The notes under the pieces are model-generated. The model saw only the letters and a list, made by a program, of their open reading frames with translations, was not told where the DNA came from and did no database searches. A DNA stretch of 41,312 nt from the NCBI GenBank assembly GCA_000165425.1, contig CT868005.1, positions 248,001 to 289,312 on the forward strand, read 5' to 3'. Of the stretch, positions 1 to 13,611 are shown in pieces (the first letter of the stretch is position 1; each line of letters starts with the position of its first letter). The position numbers and the translations under genes are program-made. The DNA comes from Paramecium tetraurelia. Its lineage: Eukaryota.

Positions 1-186
1 TTACTTTTATAAAATTGGTTTGCCAGCCTTCTATCATAGATTCCTAATCGAAAAAATATTCATATTTACACATAATAAGAAGGAAAACTCAATTTTTATA
101 GAAAATCTCAGGATAATATATTTGAATTTCATCAAGTGATACATCTACCTCTTGATATAACTCAAAATGTTGAACAATCATCATGA
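1..186 (+). CDS. possible 3' end of a gene truncated by the window edge (or a relic)
   Basis: Frame 1 is open under the ciliate code from base 1 to TGA 184-186 (LLLQNWFASLLSQ...FEFHQVIHLPLDITQNVEQSS*). No recognisable motif. Confidence 0.25.
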
Positions 187-1141
187 ATAGAGCTTATTAC
201 TAGTAAACTATTGAAAAGGAAAGATAGTTAAATCTATTCATTTTTGAAGTCAAAATTAATTTGAAATTTAAAATTAAATGATCGCATAACAAAATAAAAC
301 GAAACTCTCTTCATTTTTAAATAGGATATCGATTTTAATAAATTATAATAATCTTGCAAAATCAAGTTTGAAAGGAATCCTAAGTTTTAATTATTAATAT
401 TGTATTTCAATTATAATGTTCCTTTCTTCTTTAATAGATAAATACCACAATACTAATAAATTTCTTCTATCTGATTGTAAAAATAATAGATCTAAGATTA
501 TAAAACTATTTCAAATCAAATAGTATTAATTTTATGCCTTAGAATTCATCTTTAAAGTTTAGGTTTCATAAGAATATCTACAGTAGTCGAAAAAACCTAC
601 ATCAACAAAACTATTTTCAATAATTGAACCTGAATTATAAGTAGAAAAAATTGTTTGTAAGTTAATGCTATTGTTTTGTAAATAGAAAAAAAAAAGTTCT
701 CTTATTTTTCAAAATTCATAATCACTTATTAATATTCCTACTCTATTTGTTGAAATTTACAATTAATGTTGTTCTCTATATGTTTCAAGATAAAATATAT
801 TATTATAATTATTAGAATAAACAACAATATAAAACAATTGAATCTTATTAAAAATCAATTAAAGATGAATATCATATTAATTACGGACAGCTATTCATAT
901 AAATGAAGCTTAATCTTATATTTTTCTTTCTAAATATGTCCTTTTCAATCATTTAGATAAACTGCCTGATTACTTGATTTATAGTTGAATGCCTGATAAG
1001 GGAAAGAGTGCTGATGCTGCAAGAGATGGAAATTAGAGAGGAATCAATGATTATACTAAAAAGCAAATATATATTATTTTTAATTAAATATGCAAATTTA
1101 ATTTAAATCTTTAAATAAAATATTTATTTAAAAATCAAAAT

Positions 1142-3102
1142 ATGCAATAAAAAGAAATTCAGCAATAATTACCTCCACAAACCACCCCACAACAAATGAA
1201 GACCATAATTTACATTGAAAATTTAGATCAGGTATGAAAGTCTTTAATAACATCTTTTAGGGTATCTCCGAAGATTATTTATATCGTAAATTTAAGGAAG
1301 TAGGTGAAATCCAAAGTTTAAAGATTACAAAGGACAAGACCACTCAGAAATCAAAGGGATAAGCATTCATTACCTTTGCTCATCCAGATTCTGCCGAAGA
1401 AGCAAGAAAGAAATTCAATAATTCAGTGTTCATCAGAAATGTCATCAGAGTCAAGCCATACTTCAATTATCACAATGCTGATAAAAAAGCCAACATCTTC
1501 ATTAACAATCTACCTGAAGATGCTGACATTTTAGAATTGGAGTAAGAGTTTTCCAGATACGGTACTGTGCAATCGGTCGATGTTCACAGAGACATTTTAG
1601 GAAAGCAATTGAAGTATGTCAATTAAGGTTAACCCATTTTAGTTATGGTTACGTTCAATTTGAGAAGAAGGAAGATGCTGATAACTTGATAAAGAGAGTT
1701 ATGAATCACCCAATAACTCACAAGGGGAAGTTGCTGAAGTTGGAGCAATTCAAAGCCCAATCGGAGAGAAAGGTGGAATCCAGTTCGATCTATCTGAGAG
1801 CCATTGCTAAACCATTACCTCAGAAGTATTGGGAATAGGATAAGGTGGTCAGAGCAATTGAATATGGATGGTCTTTGATTATCAAAGATTACTTCTAAAA
1901 ACACGGCACTTAAGTGAAGGACTGCTTTGTTAAGATCGATTTACACACAAGATAACCTTGGTCAATGATCTCATTCGAAAATTCAGAATAAGCAAAAGAC
2001 AATTTGGATATTTGCGAACAATAAAGAAAACATCCATGCATAAATTCAGGTGCTCATCACGCATTGGAATTAATCAATAAACATGGACCACCTGTCAATA
2101 GTGATGCAAGTGAAGCCTTCTCCATTGCTGAAATTACTTAGGCATTCAAGGAAATGGCTCAAGATCATAATGACACTTTCAAAGGAGAAAGTGAAAATTT
2201 CTTCTACAATATGGTCTACAGCAAACACTTAAATCCAGATGACAGATTGATTCTCGTTCAAAACATCAAGGAAGAAGTTACAAAGGAGCAAATCCAAGAG
2301 TTCTTGTCAAGATTTGGAAAAGTTATTCGTCTAACCATAAGAAAGACTAAGAATCCTAGATTTTAGGTTCAATAATGCTTTGTTCATTATTAAACCATGG
2401 AAGATTCAAAGAGAGCAAGATCAGAAATCTATGATGAAAACAATGCAGAAATTTCTAAAATTAAGAAAGAGATTTTCAAGGATGGCCATGTGATGATGAA
2501 TATATTATTGTCCAAAACCATGAGAAAGGAATTCAAGGAAGTCAAAAAACAAAGTCAAAGCATCTTCCAAAATCCAGGAGGTAGATAATTACTCCAACCT
2601 CCCTTCGGTGGAAACTTCCCAGTTATGCCTCCTCAAATGCCCTTCCCTCCTGGAGGATAAGGAATGAGACAAATGCCTCCCAGAGGACCAAGATCTGGCC
2701 CCTTCCCCATGATGAGAACCTAAGTTCCAAGACCTCACATGATGAACAAATAGCCCATGCAACCACCCATGAACAAGGTGGTCCAACCTTAATCATTCAT
2801 CTAAGAATTCTCTGATTACACCTTAGTTTAAAGTAGAATGGAAGAATTCTTGAAGATTCCTCTTGCCGATCAAAGAAATGTACTTGGTAATCTGTTATTC
2901 CAAAAAGTCTTCGATGTTGTTAAAGATAAAGAGGCAACCAAAAAAGTTGTAGGTACATATTTAGTGTAATTCCTTAGGTATGTTAATTGATCCATCCTAA
3001 TTTGAAATTGGTGACATCTTGAATATGTTTGAAGACAACTAAGAACTTCAAACCTATATTGACGATGGTCTTTCATTGATTAAAGAAGAAACTCAAAAAT
3101 GA
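1142..3102 (+). CDS. PABP: polyadenylate-binding protein-like (multiple RRMs, Pro/Met-rich linker, C-terminal MLLE/PABC domain)
   Basis: ATG 1142, introns 1232-1260, 1614-1642 and 2953-2977, TGA 3100-3102. RRM motifs IYIENLD...KGQAFITF, IFINNLP...YGYVQF and ILVQNI...FGKV. PPQMPFPPGG linker. MLLE-like QRNVLGNLLFQKV...KKVVGMLID. Confidence 0.88.
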
Positions 3103-3188
3103 GTTATTATTATTGCAAAATGTACAAAAAAAATAAAATAAAATAAATAATTTAAATATAACTATCTTCCTTTATTTATTATTTTCAA

Positions 3189-5951
3189 TCACAAATTATC
3201 TAAAGTAAAATCTATTGAATTAATAATAGCAGAATCCTTTCGAAAGGTCTGTGCCTTTTCTCCATGATGCTATTAAACCTAAGGAGACACTCTCCTCGCA
3301 GTCTGACTCATATTTCTATAAAGAAATTCCATTTTGTTTGATTTCAAATTCACAAACTGATTAACCTTCTTATTAACTAATGGATTTTTGTTGAATTAAT
3401 TCATTCTATCGCTTAAACTACCAGCTGATTCTGAATTATCAACTTTAAGCTCTTTATAATAATCCATTTGCCTTAGCACTACTCTGATAAACTAAGTTTA
3501 GGAGGCTGAATTATTTTAAAGTTGTTCATATTAATAAAGTATCATTCTATTATTATTTTCCGTCTTTATTTTATTTTGAATCTTGAGTCCTTTTATACTG
3601 ATCATCCATTGTGTATCACCCATGCTGTTCTAATAGAATTCCTCATATTCCTTAATTTTCTCTTCCCAATTGTTATGTATATTATATCTTAAATTCAAAG
3701 ATAACTACTGTTTTTGATTCTGAAAATCTGCATTAGATAATATATCCTCTATTTTCTACATTTTGAGACAATTTTATTTGTATTTTTCAATCATCCCCTA
3801 GTTCTAATAAATAAAATATTCATTAGCACTTTATGGTTTTTAGTACAATATTTTAGTTTGATTTAATACAGAAATTGTAGATGTACCAATACTAGACAGG
3901 TATTTCCAACCATACTTTAATTTCATGATGATGAGATTTACGAAAATAGAAATTATCAACTTCTCTTGAAGTACTTCAGTGCAATAATATAACTTCTTCA
4001 TTTCTTGAAGAACATTATTGCTCTGTTGATATTTTCTCATGATTTAAGAGATACTAGATAATATTTCCTGGATTTTAGGTGCCAAGGATCTTTGAGAGGA
4101 TTATTGTTGTCGATTTGAAAGTAAACCATTCTATTCCATCAATTTGACTTAAGTTAAATTCAATCTGAATATCTTCCTTTGTTGTTGTTAGGATTATGGC
4201 GACGGAACTTGGCTTTTAATTTCTGTTATTTATTAATTCTAAGTTATAGTTTAGTAACTATTAAGGCTCGTCAAGTTCTCGTTCTTCTAGTAGGTTCGAT
4301 GATCTTCATTTTCAATGAGTAATTTCTTTCTTAAGTATTAGTTTTCATATTTCCTTTAAATTTTAATTACTTACAATGATGCTATAGATACTTGTTTAGC
4401 GGTCTTATTATTGAGATTCAAAGAAAATGGATTGACATTCTTTCCTTAAATCAGTTGTAAGATAGTAACTAACCCCATCGAAGCTGCACTATGAAGGGGA
4501 GTGTTTTTATATAGATCTCTTTTGTGGAAATCAAATTGAGTGCTATTACTAGCAAATCGTACTGCAGCTAAAGATGGTAATTTTACAGCAGCATGTAAAC
4601 TAGTTAATTTCATTGGGTTTCTAATGTTTGGATCGCATCCCATGTCTAATAGAAGCTATTCTTTAAGTTTTAAACTACTTTGACCATTATTTATGCTTAT
4701 TATTATTGTTATGCATTTCTGCCAAATGATGTCATCGCTACATGCATAACAGTAGATCCATAAGCGACAAGTATTTTATTTGGTCCAATAATGTCCTTCT
4801 CCATTTGCTGATTTAATTCAATCCCATTCTGTAACAAGATCTTCATCATTTGAATATCCAATCGTTTAGCTGATAACATGAACAAAGTTTGCATTTCAAT
4901 TTTACTTTTCCTAAAGGCTGGCAACAAACAATTAATACACTTTGTCCTATGCAAATTGAATGCATATAGAAGAAGTGAACAATCTTCCTCATCTTTTATC
5001 ATAAGCAATTCTGGATATTTTTAACTAAATTGCTTTAACAATCCTATGGAATCTCTTTATATAAATGTAAATAAAATATTCTTACCACTAATATTATTAA
5101 AATTATTACTTTTAAATGAATTACTAAATATCAAACACTTTTCCAACCATATAGTAGTAAAATAACGAGAATGTTATGATTTCTTGTCTTTGCACGACTC
5201 TCTAGCCCAATTAAACTAATTTTGATTTGATCTGTCTATCAAGTTAGCAACTGATAGCACAATAATCGAACCAATCAAGATCAAAATATTATAAAGAATC
5301 CAAAATTTCATTGAATTTCGCTGGAATTGTAGTAAACATATTTGATCTTAATCCGAGACATGTTAATTTTAAATCAAATAGTTCCTATGGCAAATATTCT
5401 ATATTGTTGTTATTTAAATTTAACTCTCTTAGAGCATTTAATTTAAATAAACTGGATGGTAACTGCTCTACAATTATCAACCAAAAATAAATACTTATCT
5501 AATTATCAGTCAATAATAATTTTTCCAAATTTGGCAGGTGAAATTTAATAGGAATTGATTGGATTTAATTGAAACTCAAATTTAGGATCTTTAACTTAGT
5601 GAGTGACCTGCACAATTAGTTATAGATAATTATACTTCAATTAATTGGGGAATTAATTCAATAAGTTATTTGACAAGTCTAAATCTAATAATTATTCTGA
5701 TAATGTATCCAATACAGGTGCAGCAGAAGATAGCAATTAATTACTCAAATTTATTTTTTACGAAGTCTCTTTTATATGTTATTTTGTACATATTCTAATT
5801 CTTCATCCTTTCTCAATCTAAGTTTGTCGTTTTCAAAAGGAGTTCGTAGTGAAGGTATAAATGCTTTTTTCGAAATTTCCTGTTCACTGTCTAAAACCTC
5901 ATGAGAACTGATAGATGACAATTTGCTCATTAATGATAGTAACGACTGCAT
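3189..5951 (-). CDS. leucine-rich repeat + ankyrin repeat protein
   Basis: N-terminal LRRs (LDLDLSNNLL, LKILNLSFNQIQSIP, LEKLLLTDNQIKQLP, LRELNLNNNNIEYLP, LTCLGLRSNMFTTIP), then ankyrin repeats (GSTVMHVA, LTSLHAAV, NTPLHSAASMG). Several 22-28 nt introns. TGA at 3189-3191. Start is ATG 5951 or 5930. Confidence 0.82.
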
Positions 5952-6000
5952 TTTTTATGATTTAACTTTCCCTTTAATATATAAAAATAATAATAAGAAT

Positions 6001-8275
6001 TCATTAATCGTAAGAGACTTAATCTTGTTATTAAATCAACCATGAAAACCTCTTTCGTATATGATACAATAAGTCCCAGTCTTGACCAGAAGGACATCTA
6101 AATCGTTACTTTAAATATTACTTTGTATGTCCCAATTACTTCTGAACAATCCGAGGACCATCAGATTAATTTAATCTCTCAATCAAAAAGTATATCTAAC
6201 ATCATTGTAATATACTTACTTTTTCTAACTAACTCAAGCCTTCCTCATCATCAAATAAGACCTCCAGGGCTGAAAGCGCCAGAGACTCAACAAACATGTG
6301 TTGATCAATGTGACCACTCTTGACATTTGAATTTTCTTGGTTCTCATACAATTTGGACAATATCTAAAATATCTGAACTATCTTATTCTTGGCCAATAAG
6401 TCAGGGAAAATTGAGAAATCCTAATTATTAGTTAAATGCAATAATTACTTTATAGAATCTTAAGAACTATTCAAAATTCATAATCTATTTACCAATTGTA
6501 TAATGTTTATAATATACTAAAATAGATTTATGTAGCAATCCTAAAAACTCAACGATTTCTTTATCCTTTAACAAGGTCATTAATTAAGAGAGGAGATCTT
6601 TCATTTTATTTTCAGATCCTTGGCTCATTAAATGTAATACATGATCATATAAAATTGTCTTTAAGACATGTATGTCATTTGTTAATAATTAAAGACCTTT
6701 CAAAAACTATTAGAAGTTCATAGTTTATTTCTTTTATTTGATTGGAACTGAAGTTCTATTGTTTTATGAGATTGTGCAGGCCTTAGTAAAAATTAAATCA
6801 ATTTCATTGTGAGGTACTTAGTAAGATAATTTACTGTTTTTGTCAATTAAATTTACATTAACCAAATTTGCATCCTTCAAGAACTTCATCCATTTACTAC
6901 CGACCAATTCGTTATCCTGTCCAGTCTATTGATTAATTCCTGAATATTATTTGTAGATATTAATTAATTATGTGTAATTGTCTTGAAATAATAATTGGCA
7001 TTAATCCTCGAATTACTTATTAATTTGGATTGATGGTCGAACTCTATTAGTAGGCACCGTATTAATTCGTTTCACTTGTTCATCATAAAATTCTTCATTT
7101 TTTAACTGATGAACCTTCATTCTTTAAGTGGTAGAGTTTAAATATTGAATTGCATCAGGCTCAGTAATTATTAATTCAATAAGTTCTTCAGGTACTTTTA
7201 ATTTCCAATTTATTTTTGAGTTGTTTGATGGTATTTCCAGATTGTTAAACCCCTGACTCAACTCCATTCTCTCGAGTAAAAAAGCCAACTTCTGCAATGG
7301 AGTTATAATTTATTGTATTTGAGTGGAATCATCAAAGCTTTGAAGAGTCATCATGGCTAGCTTAATAATGTAACAACAGAATTAGTTAATATCAAATCGT
7401 GACTTTTGTTTTTTTTATTGGCTAATTTGAGGTAAATTAAGATCTGCTTAGATGTAGTCTAATAGTAAATAAGCAGACCCTTTAGTAATAAATTAGGGAC
7501 AGATTTCAAATTCTTTTAAAAATAAAAATAATGAAGATCTTATCTATTATTTCATCATCAATTCTTCTTATTAGTCTTTCAGATTAAAGTTCTTAAATTA
7601 AGGAGGGAAGTATTTATTATAGATGAAAGTTATAGGTTAAATAACAACCTACATTAATTTGACACAAATTGGATCGATTTCTTGAGATAGTTTTGTTTCT
7701 TCATCTCCTAAATCTGTTGATGAGATAATATTTTCATATAATGGAGTCAAATGATTGTCCATTAGGATTTGAAATGAATTTTCCCCATATAAAATCTCAG
7801 ATAGTAATTCCAAAAAGTAATAAAAATTCTCAAAATCCATATTTGGTTTATTTCTATTTGCTTTAACAAAAAGTAAGTCTATTTATTACTAATCCTATCT
7901 CTAGAGTTTGATTTGCGAATCTGACATTAATTTATGTACTTTGTTTGATCTAATATAATCAATATTGGTTCTATCTCCAAAAGATGCATAGAATTTGAAA
8001 ATGACACTCAATTATTTCTTATCATCTACTCTTTTGACTTCTACAACTGGTATCTCGACTTTAGATTTTTTCATTTAAAGTTTATGTTGGTATTTTGCTC
8101 CATAAGAAAATAATTGATTTTTTCCTGCTTACATTGAATAATTCTCTTTGTTATCGATTCGTGAATATGCAGTCTCTTCTTTTTTATTTCTGATTCCACT
8201 CTTATTTCTCAAATCAATACTATCTATCTTTTAGAAATCTCTTTATAATGTGTAATTGGAACTTGAATTTCTCAT
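6001..8275 (-). CDS. protein with two p25-alpha/TPPP-like (EF-hand-like) domains
   Basis: ATG 8275, TGA 6001-6003. Two related segments: LSVIFKFYASFG...VHKLMSDS...IDLLFVKA...MDFENFYYFLELL and LINIYKQYSG...LVGSKWMKFLKDANLV...IDLIFTKA...MNFQQFLKGL. Confidence 0.72.
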
Positions 8276-8357
8276 TGGATTATTCAAATTTTATAATTAA
8301 AAACAAGTTAAATGATATCAGTTAGAATACAATAACTATACACAAGTTATAGAAATT

Positions 8358-9325
8358 TCAATAGTTTCTTTTATTGTTCATGGTATAATGAGTCAAATTA
8401 GCCTTTGTTGAGATGCCAGGTAAATTTGATAAAGGTTATTTTTCAAATAACTTATTTTGTGCATGCGTCACAATTTGAGGACCTGCATAAGAAGAATTGT
8501 AAATAGTTTACATAGTTTATAAATTGATTTTATTATTCTATTACATATTTGACCTTGTATTATTAAATTTAGAAGTTAGCATGCAATTTCTATTTTATAC
8601 TCTAAAATTTTATTTGGTCTCTTATTTTGAATTGCTTCCTAAAAATTCATTATTTCTGACAGTCTATCTAAGCTCATTTTAAAATGTGGGCTCAGATTTT
8701 CTTTCATTTCCCAACTTTGTTATCAACTCAGATTTCTTTATCTCAATAGCATTCTCAGGTTTTTTATCAGAAATATTAGGTTGATTATCTTCTACTTCTT
8801 TTGGGTTATTCATTTTTTCATTTTCCTTTAGTTGCCTTAATTATTTCTCAAAGTTTTTCAATTATCGTTAAAAACCACTATTGGGACAAATGACAAATCT
8901 TTTACTCTTAACATACGAGAAGGCTTCACTATATGTCCACCCCTTGTTTCTCATAAGATAAGCTATAACTATTGAGGCTGACCTCGAAACTCCAGCAGCA
9001 CAATGTACAAGAACAGATCCAGATTTCAATCCATTCTTGATCTAATAAAAGGAGTCGTCGAAAAATAATGCCACATTCGCCTATTCTGAATCTAGAATTG
9101 AATATGTCTCTTATGATATTATAAGTGTACCTTATGCGTCATTCTCTAATCATTATATCTGATATTAAGTTAGCATGCAACTGTTAATACTGTTCTAATT
9201 CCCTTGTTGTCAAGAGTGGGCTTGTCTTCAGCAGCAGTGTAATCACCCAACCATAATTGATTCCCATTTTCCTCATGAATAATATTCATGGCTTAATAGG
9301 AATGACCCATATTTCTATACATCAT
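8358..9325 (-). CDS. dual-specificity protein phosphatase with low-complexity C-terminal tail
   Basis: LWLGDY, catalytic loop VLVHCAAGVSRSASIVIAYLM, and ICPNSGFQRQL. One intron 9108-9130. TGA at 8358-8360. Confidence 0.93.
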
Positions 9326-9403
9326 AAAATTTATTTAATACTGAACCTCAAATCGAATTGTGTTATTTATAATCAATTAGAAAATAATATAAGAATAATG
9401 AAT

Positions 9404-11108
9404 TCATAATTAAATGTTCTCCAACAGTTTAATAAATTCGTCTTCTTCTATGACTCCGTCCTTGTTGAGATCACATTTTTACAATATGTCCTCCCAAGCA
9501 TAATTATCAATTTCGATTCCACCAAAAATACTTTCCAATTCAGATTTGCTTATCACTCCATTTCCATCAATATCAAACATCTTAAATGCTACTTTGATAT
9601 TATTAATCGTAATTTTCTATTATTAAACTAAAGCAGCAGAAATGAATTCAGTAAAATCCACTTTCCCCGACTCATTCACATCCAATTCTTACATTAAACC
9701 ATCAGCCATAATCTCAGCTTTTAAATGATCCACATCTGCACTCAACATTCCTTTCAGCAATTCCTCCTTTGTCAATACTCCATCCCCATTCTAATCTAAT
9801 GTCTTAAATGTTTAAAACAACTTTGAACTCTCCTCCTTATTTACCAATTGAACAGAAATAAACTGAAAGATTGCAGCTTTCAACTTATTCTAAGCAGTAA
9901 ATTGACTTAAATTCTTAATTAAATTAATATCCTCAATCTCATTCTATTAGATATTCTAAATCCAAGGATGATTAAAAGCCTCCTACATACTAATCCTTTT
10001 CTTGGGATCCACTATAATCATTTTCATCATCAAATCCTTTGCCTACTCATTTGTTCTCAACCATCTCTCATTATTTGTATTCAATTTTCCCTATCTTGCC
10101 AATCTCAAAGTCTCAATATCACTTGCTCCCTTAAATGGAGGTCTCCCTATTAGTAAAATGTACAGGATGACTCCACATGACCACACATCCACTTTCTCAT
10201 CATATCCTGAATCTGACAACACTTCTGGAGCAACATAATAAGGAGTTCCAATCTTTTTAGTCAAGAATGACGAGTCGATCATCTTTTCACTAGCTCCAAA
10301 ATCAATCACCTTTAAATTGGCATCAGGATCTCTTGAATCAAACAGGATGTTTTCAGGCTAAATAGTTTTAAATTAGGTACTTTTAAATCTCGATGCACAA
10401 TGTTTTTCTGATGACAATACTAAATGGCTGAAAACACTTACTTCATGTATTTCGCAGCCAGATTCTCGTTGTAATTTGTTATGGTTTTTATTCTCTCCAA
10501 CAATTCCCCTCCCTAACAATATTCAGTTACTATATAATAATATTTAAAATCTGCAAATATTTCCAACACCTTTACTATATTTGGGTGATCCAAGGCCTTT
10601 AGGATTTCGGTCTCTTCCAATAATTTCTCCTCACAATTTATGGTTTTCCTCACCACCACCTTCGCAGCTCTCAAATTCTCCGTTGATAAATGTTTAACCA
10701 AATATACTTCTCCAAATTCCCCCTTACCCCAATTTTTTTACTATTTCGTAATGAGCTAAAAACTTTTCTGTTATGCATTGCTTTCTCACCAACATTTCAG
10801 GAGTTAATTTCATAGTTCCACTAATAGTTTTTTTTACAAATTCTACTGTATCTCCTTCCTTATGTTTAGTTTAAACTTACTACTATTCAAGATCTTTTGA
10901 ATAACCCTATTCTTTTGATAATGAGTTTGATTTTATAAAGCTGGTCTCTTTGTCATGAATTATTATTTTAGAATGATTATTAGGCTATTAATTGATTTCC
11001 AGTCCCTCCGCAACTTCATTTATTTCATTTTCTGGATCCATTATAGCTTACTTTATGTTTACTATTACCTTTCTCATCAGTATACAATTTAAAAGAGCAA
11101 CAACCCAT
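9404..11108 (-). CDS. CDPK: calcium-dependent protein kinase (kinase + junction + 4 EF-hands), with an apparent 1-nt frameshift
   Basis: N-terminal MGCC (acylation-type motif). HRDLK|PEN (intron 10358-10380), DFG, GTPYYVAPE, DVWSCG. Four EF loops: DQNGDGVL, DVNESGKV, DIDGNGVI, DLNKDGVI. One extra base in the Gly-rich loop near 10717-10723. Confidence 0.9.
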
Positions 11109-11863
11109 ATTATTATTATGCCAATTAATAAATATATGATATATTTAATAAAGTGAAATTCTCAGCCCCTCAGTCTATCAATAGGTTATTATACTCTCAT
11201 CCTATTAAGCCATTCCCAGAGAAAGAGATTCGTATTTCATCAAACACAGAATGAGAATTAACAATAAGAACTTCAAACTTGCCAACAACCAAATCAAAGC
11301 GTATTGTTTACTGCCTTATAATTTAGGTTATTCAATTGTTCTTTGTTTGTTTTCAATAATTTTGATAAAGCCAAATTTCTCATTTATACTTTTTATAATT
11401 TATAAATCATAATTATGAGTTTGAACTGATTAATTTATCAAATATATATTAAAAATATGATTCTGCTTTCGTATTTAAATTCTTCTTTATTTATTACTAC
11501 CCTAAAACATTAAAATTTTTCCAATCAAGTTACAAATTATTATCTTCTAAATTTAACTTAAGAAATGTATTACACTGACTAGATTTTATTACAGTAAATT
11601 ATCTCACTTTTCAGATCAAAGAAACTAAATCAGAGTTTAAAACAGTTCATTTTTAAGAGATCTTATCTCTTTTGATATGATAAATCATTAACAATATGTA
11701 TTCAAAAGAACTTAATTTTATAAGGTTTATTATTTTAAATTAATAATAGATAATAAAACAAAGCATCGCATATGAGGTTAAACCAAAAAGCATTTCTTAA
11801 CTTATTATAAAAATGATTTTAATTTAAAATAAAAAACGTGTCATAGAAATGCTACTATACTAT

Positions 11864-13611
11864 TCAATCATTTCTAAATAGTTTTTCATTAATAAATGCT
11901 CTTTTAAGTGCTTTTTCTCTTTTTATCTCTTGATCAGTCTAGGTTATTGCCTTGATTTACTAAAAATATATTTTAAGATATCATACCTTTTCTTACATGT
12001 CATCATCATACAATTAAGTGATAGGTGGTAAGAGTTCATGCTAGGATTTCCGCTTAACAGATAGAAATCTCTCTATCTTTTCATGCTAATCCCCTTAGAT
12101 GTTATGGGCACTCCTAATAAAATTGACTGGTAAATCCTAAAGAAATTATTGAATAATGTACAGCACCGTAATTCTTCTTGATATAGAATTGAGTGATGTT
12201 TTTGGACTCTTTAATAATTTTTCTAATTTGATAAAAGTTCTTAGATTTTCCATTAAATGCAGAACCCATCGGAGTTTTTTCACTTTCCTCTGAATAAATA
12301 GGCTTGGATATTCAATATTATTTACTTTACCAGGAGAACCAACGAATTAAAGACTCTTTCGAGTTTCTAATTTTCTAATGGTTTCAGATTCATGAAATTA
12401 GTCTAGATCATTAATTTTGGATTCAGGTTGACTTATGGCTTTAGTTTAGGCAATGATAGCATTTTATAATTAAGATTAAACCTTCTATCTCTTAGCTTCT
12501 CCTTCATACAATCCCTTTCTTCATAGCTTGATTGGAGGCTAAACTCTAAATTCTGGTGATTTCATTATTATGTAGATTTATTTGCTTAAGTAGAACATCA
12601 TAATCCTTTTTCATTTGTATGATTAATTTATATTCTGTTTCTTATAGTTTACCCTCTAATTATTCTCTTTCTTTCTGTTATTTAAATAACAAATCACTGT
12701 GTTATTTTTCGATACGATATTTTTAAACTTTATACACTCTGTCTTACTCATGCTTCTCTAGGTCTTTTAATTCTTTTCTAAAATCTAATGCTTCTTCTAC
12801 TCTTTCCTCCAGACTTACCAACTTTTCCTGTGTTTGTAGATCCTTCAGCTTTTTCTTAGGTTTGACCTTCATTAACTCAGTATCTTTAGAGAGTCGATCC
12901 TCCAACAATCCTAATTCTTTTTCTTAAGATATTTTTAATTATGCTCTTCATTAATATAATACGAGTACCTTCTGTCTACTTTGTACTTTGTTAGCTATTA
13001 AAATTCTTAATAGTATTTATCATAAAAATCGTCTAGCTTTTCTTATCCTATTTCCTATATAAACTTTTCTTTCTTTGATTGATATACGTTATCTCAATTA
13101 ATTTTGATAATCTGCAATATTTGCTTCTAGAATTCTCAATTCTTTCATTAGCTGTTTAAATAATATGTATTCTTAAATTTTTCAATAAAGCAGTAGCTAC
13201 CTAATGCATTTTTTCTTTGATGACTGAAAACACTAAAATCTACTCATCTTCATTCAAAATTCTAATGGAATTCATTCAATTCTTACCCATCATTATCCTA
13301 ATCGAAGAGCTCAAAGAAATCCTTTTCATTTTACAGTTTCAATAATTATACGATCTCACTTCTACAAGCTTCAAAGATTCTCTACACAATAGTAAAGTTT
13401 AATTGAGCATCTGTCACAAAATCATTTTTTCTCATTTCCATCCATATTCTCGAGCATTTGTTAGGTGCAGTGATATACATTTCACCTAACATTGGATTGT
13501 TATAATACCTTCACTTTTTATTTAATTAATAATGTGTCGAGGTAGATTAGATAGTGCAGAATAGTTAGACTATTATATTTTAGTGCTGATTGTCATTGAT
13601 TTTGATTCCAT
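11864..13611 (-). CDS. uncharacterised EF-hand + coiled-coil protein
   Basis: ATG 13611. EF-hand-like FFELFDQDNDG|ILNEDEQ split by a short intron, long K/E/Q-rich helical region, ends ...INEKLFRND* (TGA 11864-11866). Confidence 0.72.

Noticed and set aside
2589..3076. Minus-strand ORFs 2589-2786 and 2870-3076 in the ORF track
   Set aside because: Antisense shadows of the PABP-like gene.
9968..10238. Plus-strand ORFs overlapping the kinase
   Set aside because: Antisense shadows of CDPK.
11130..11860. Longer spacer with coding-like patches between CDPK and the EF-hand gene
   Set aside because: No consistent ATG-to-TGA model or RNA-gene structure was found.
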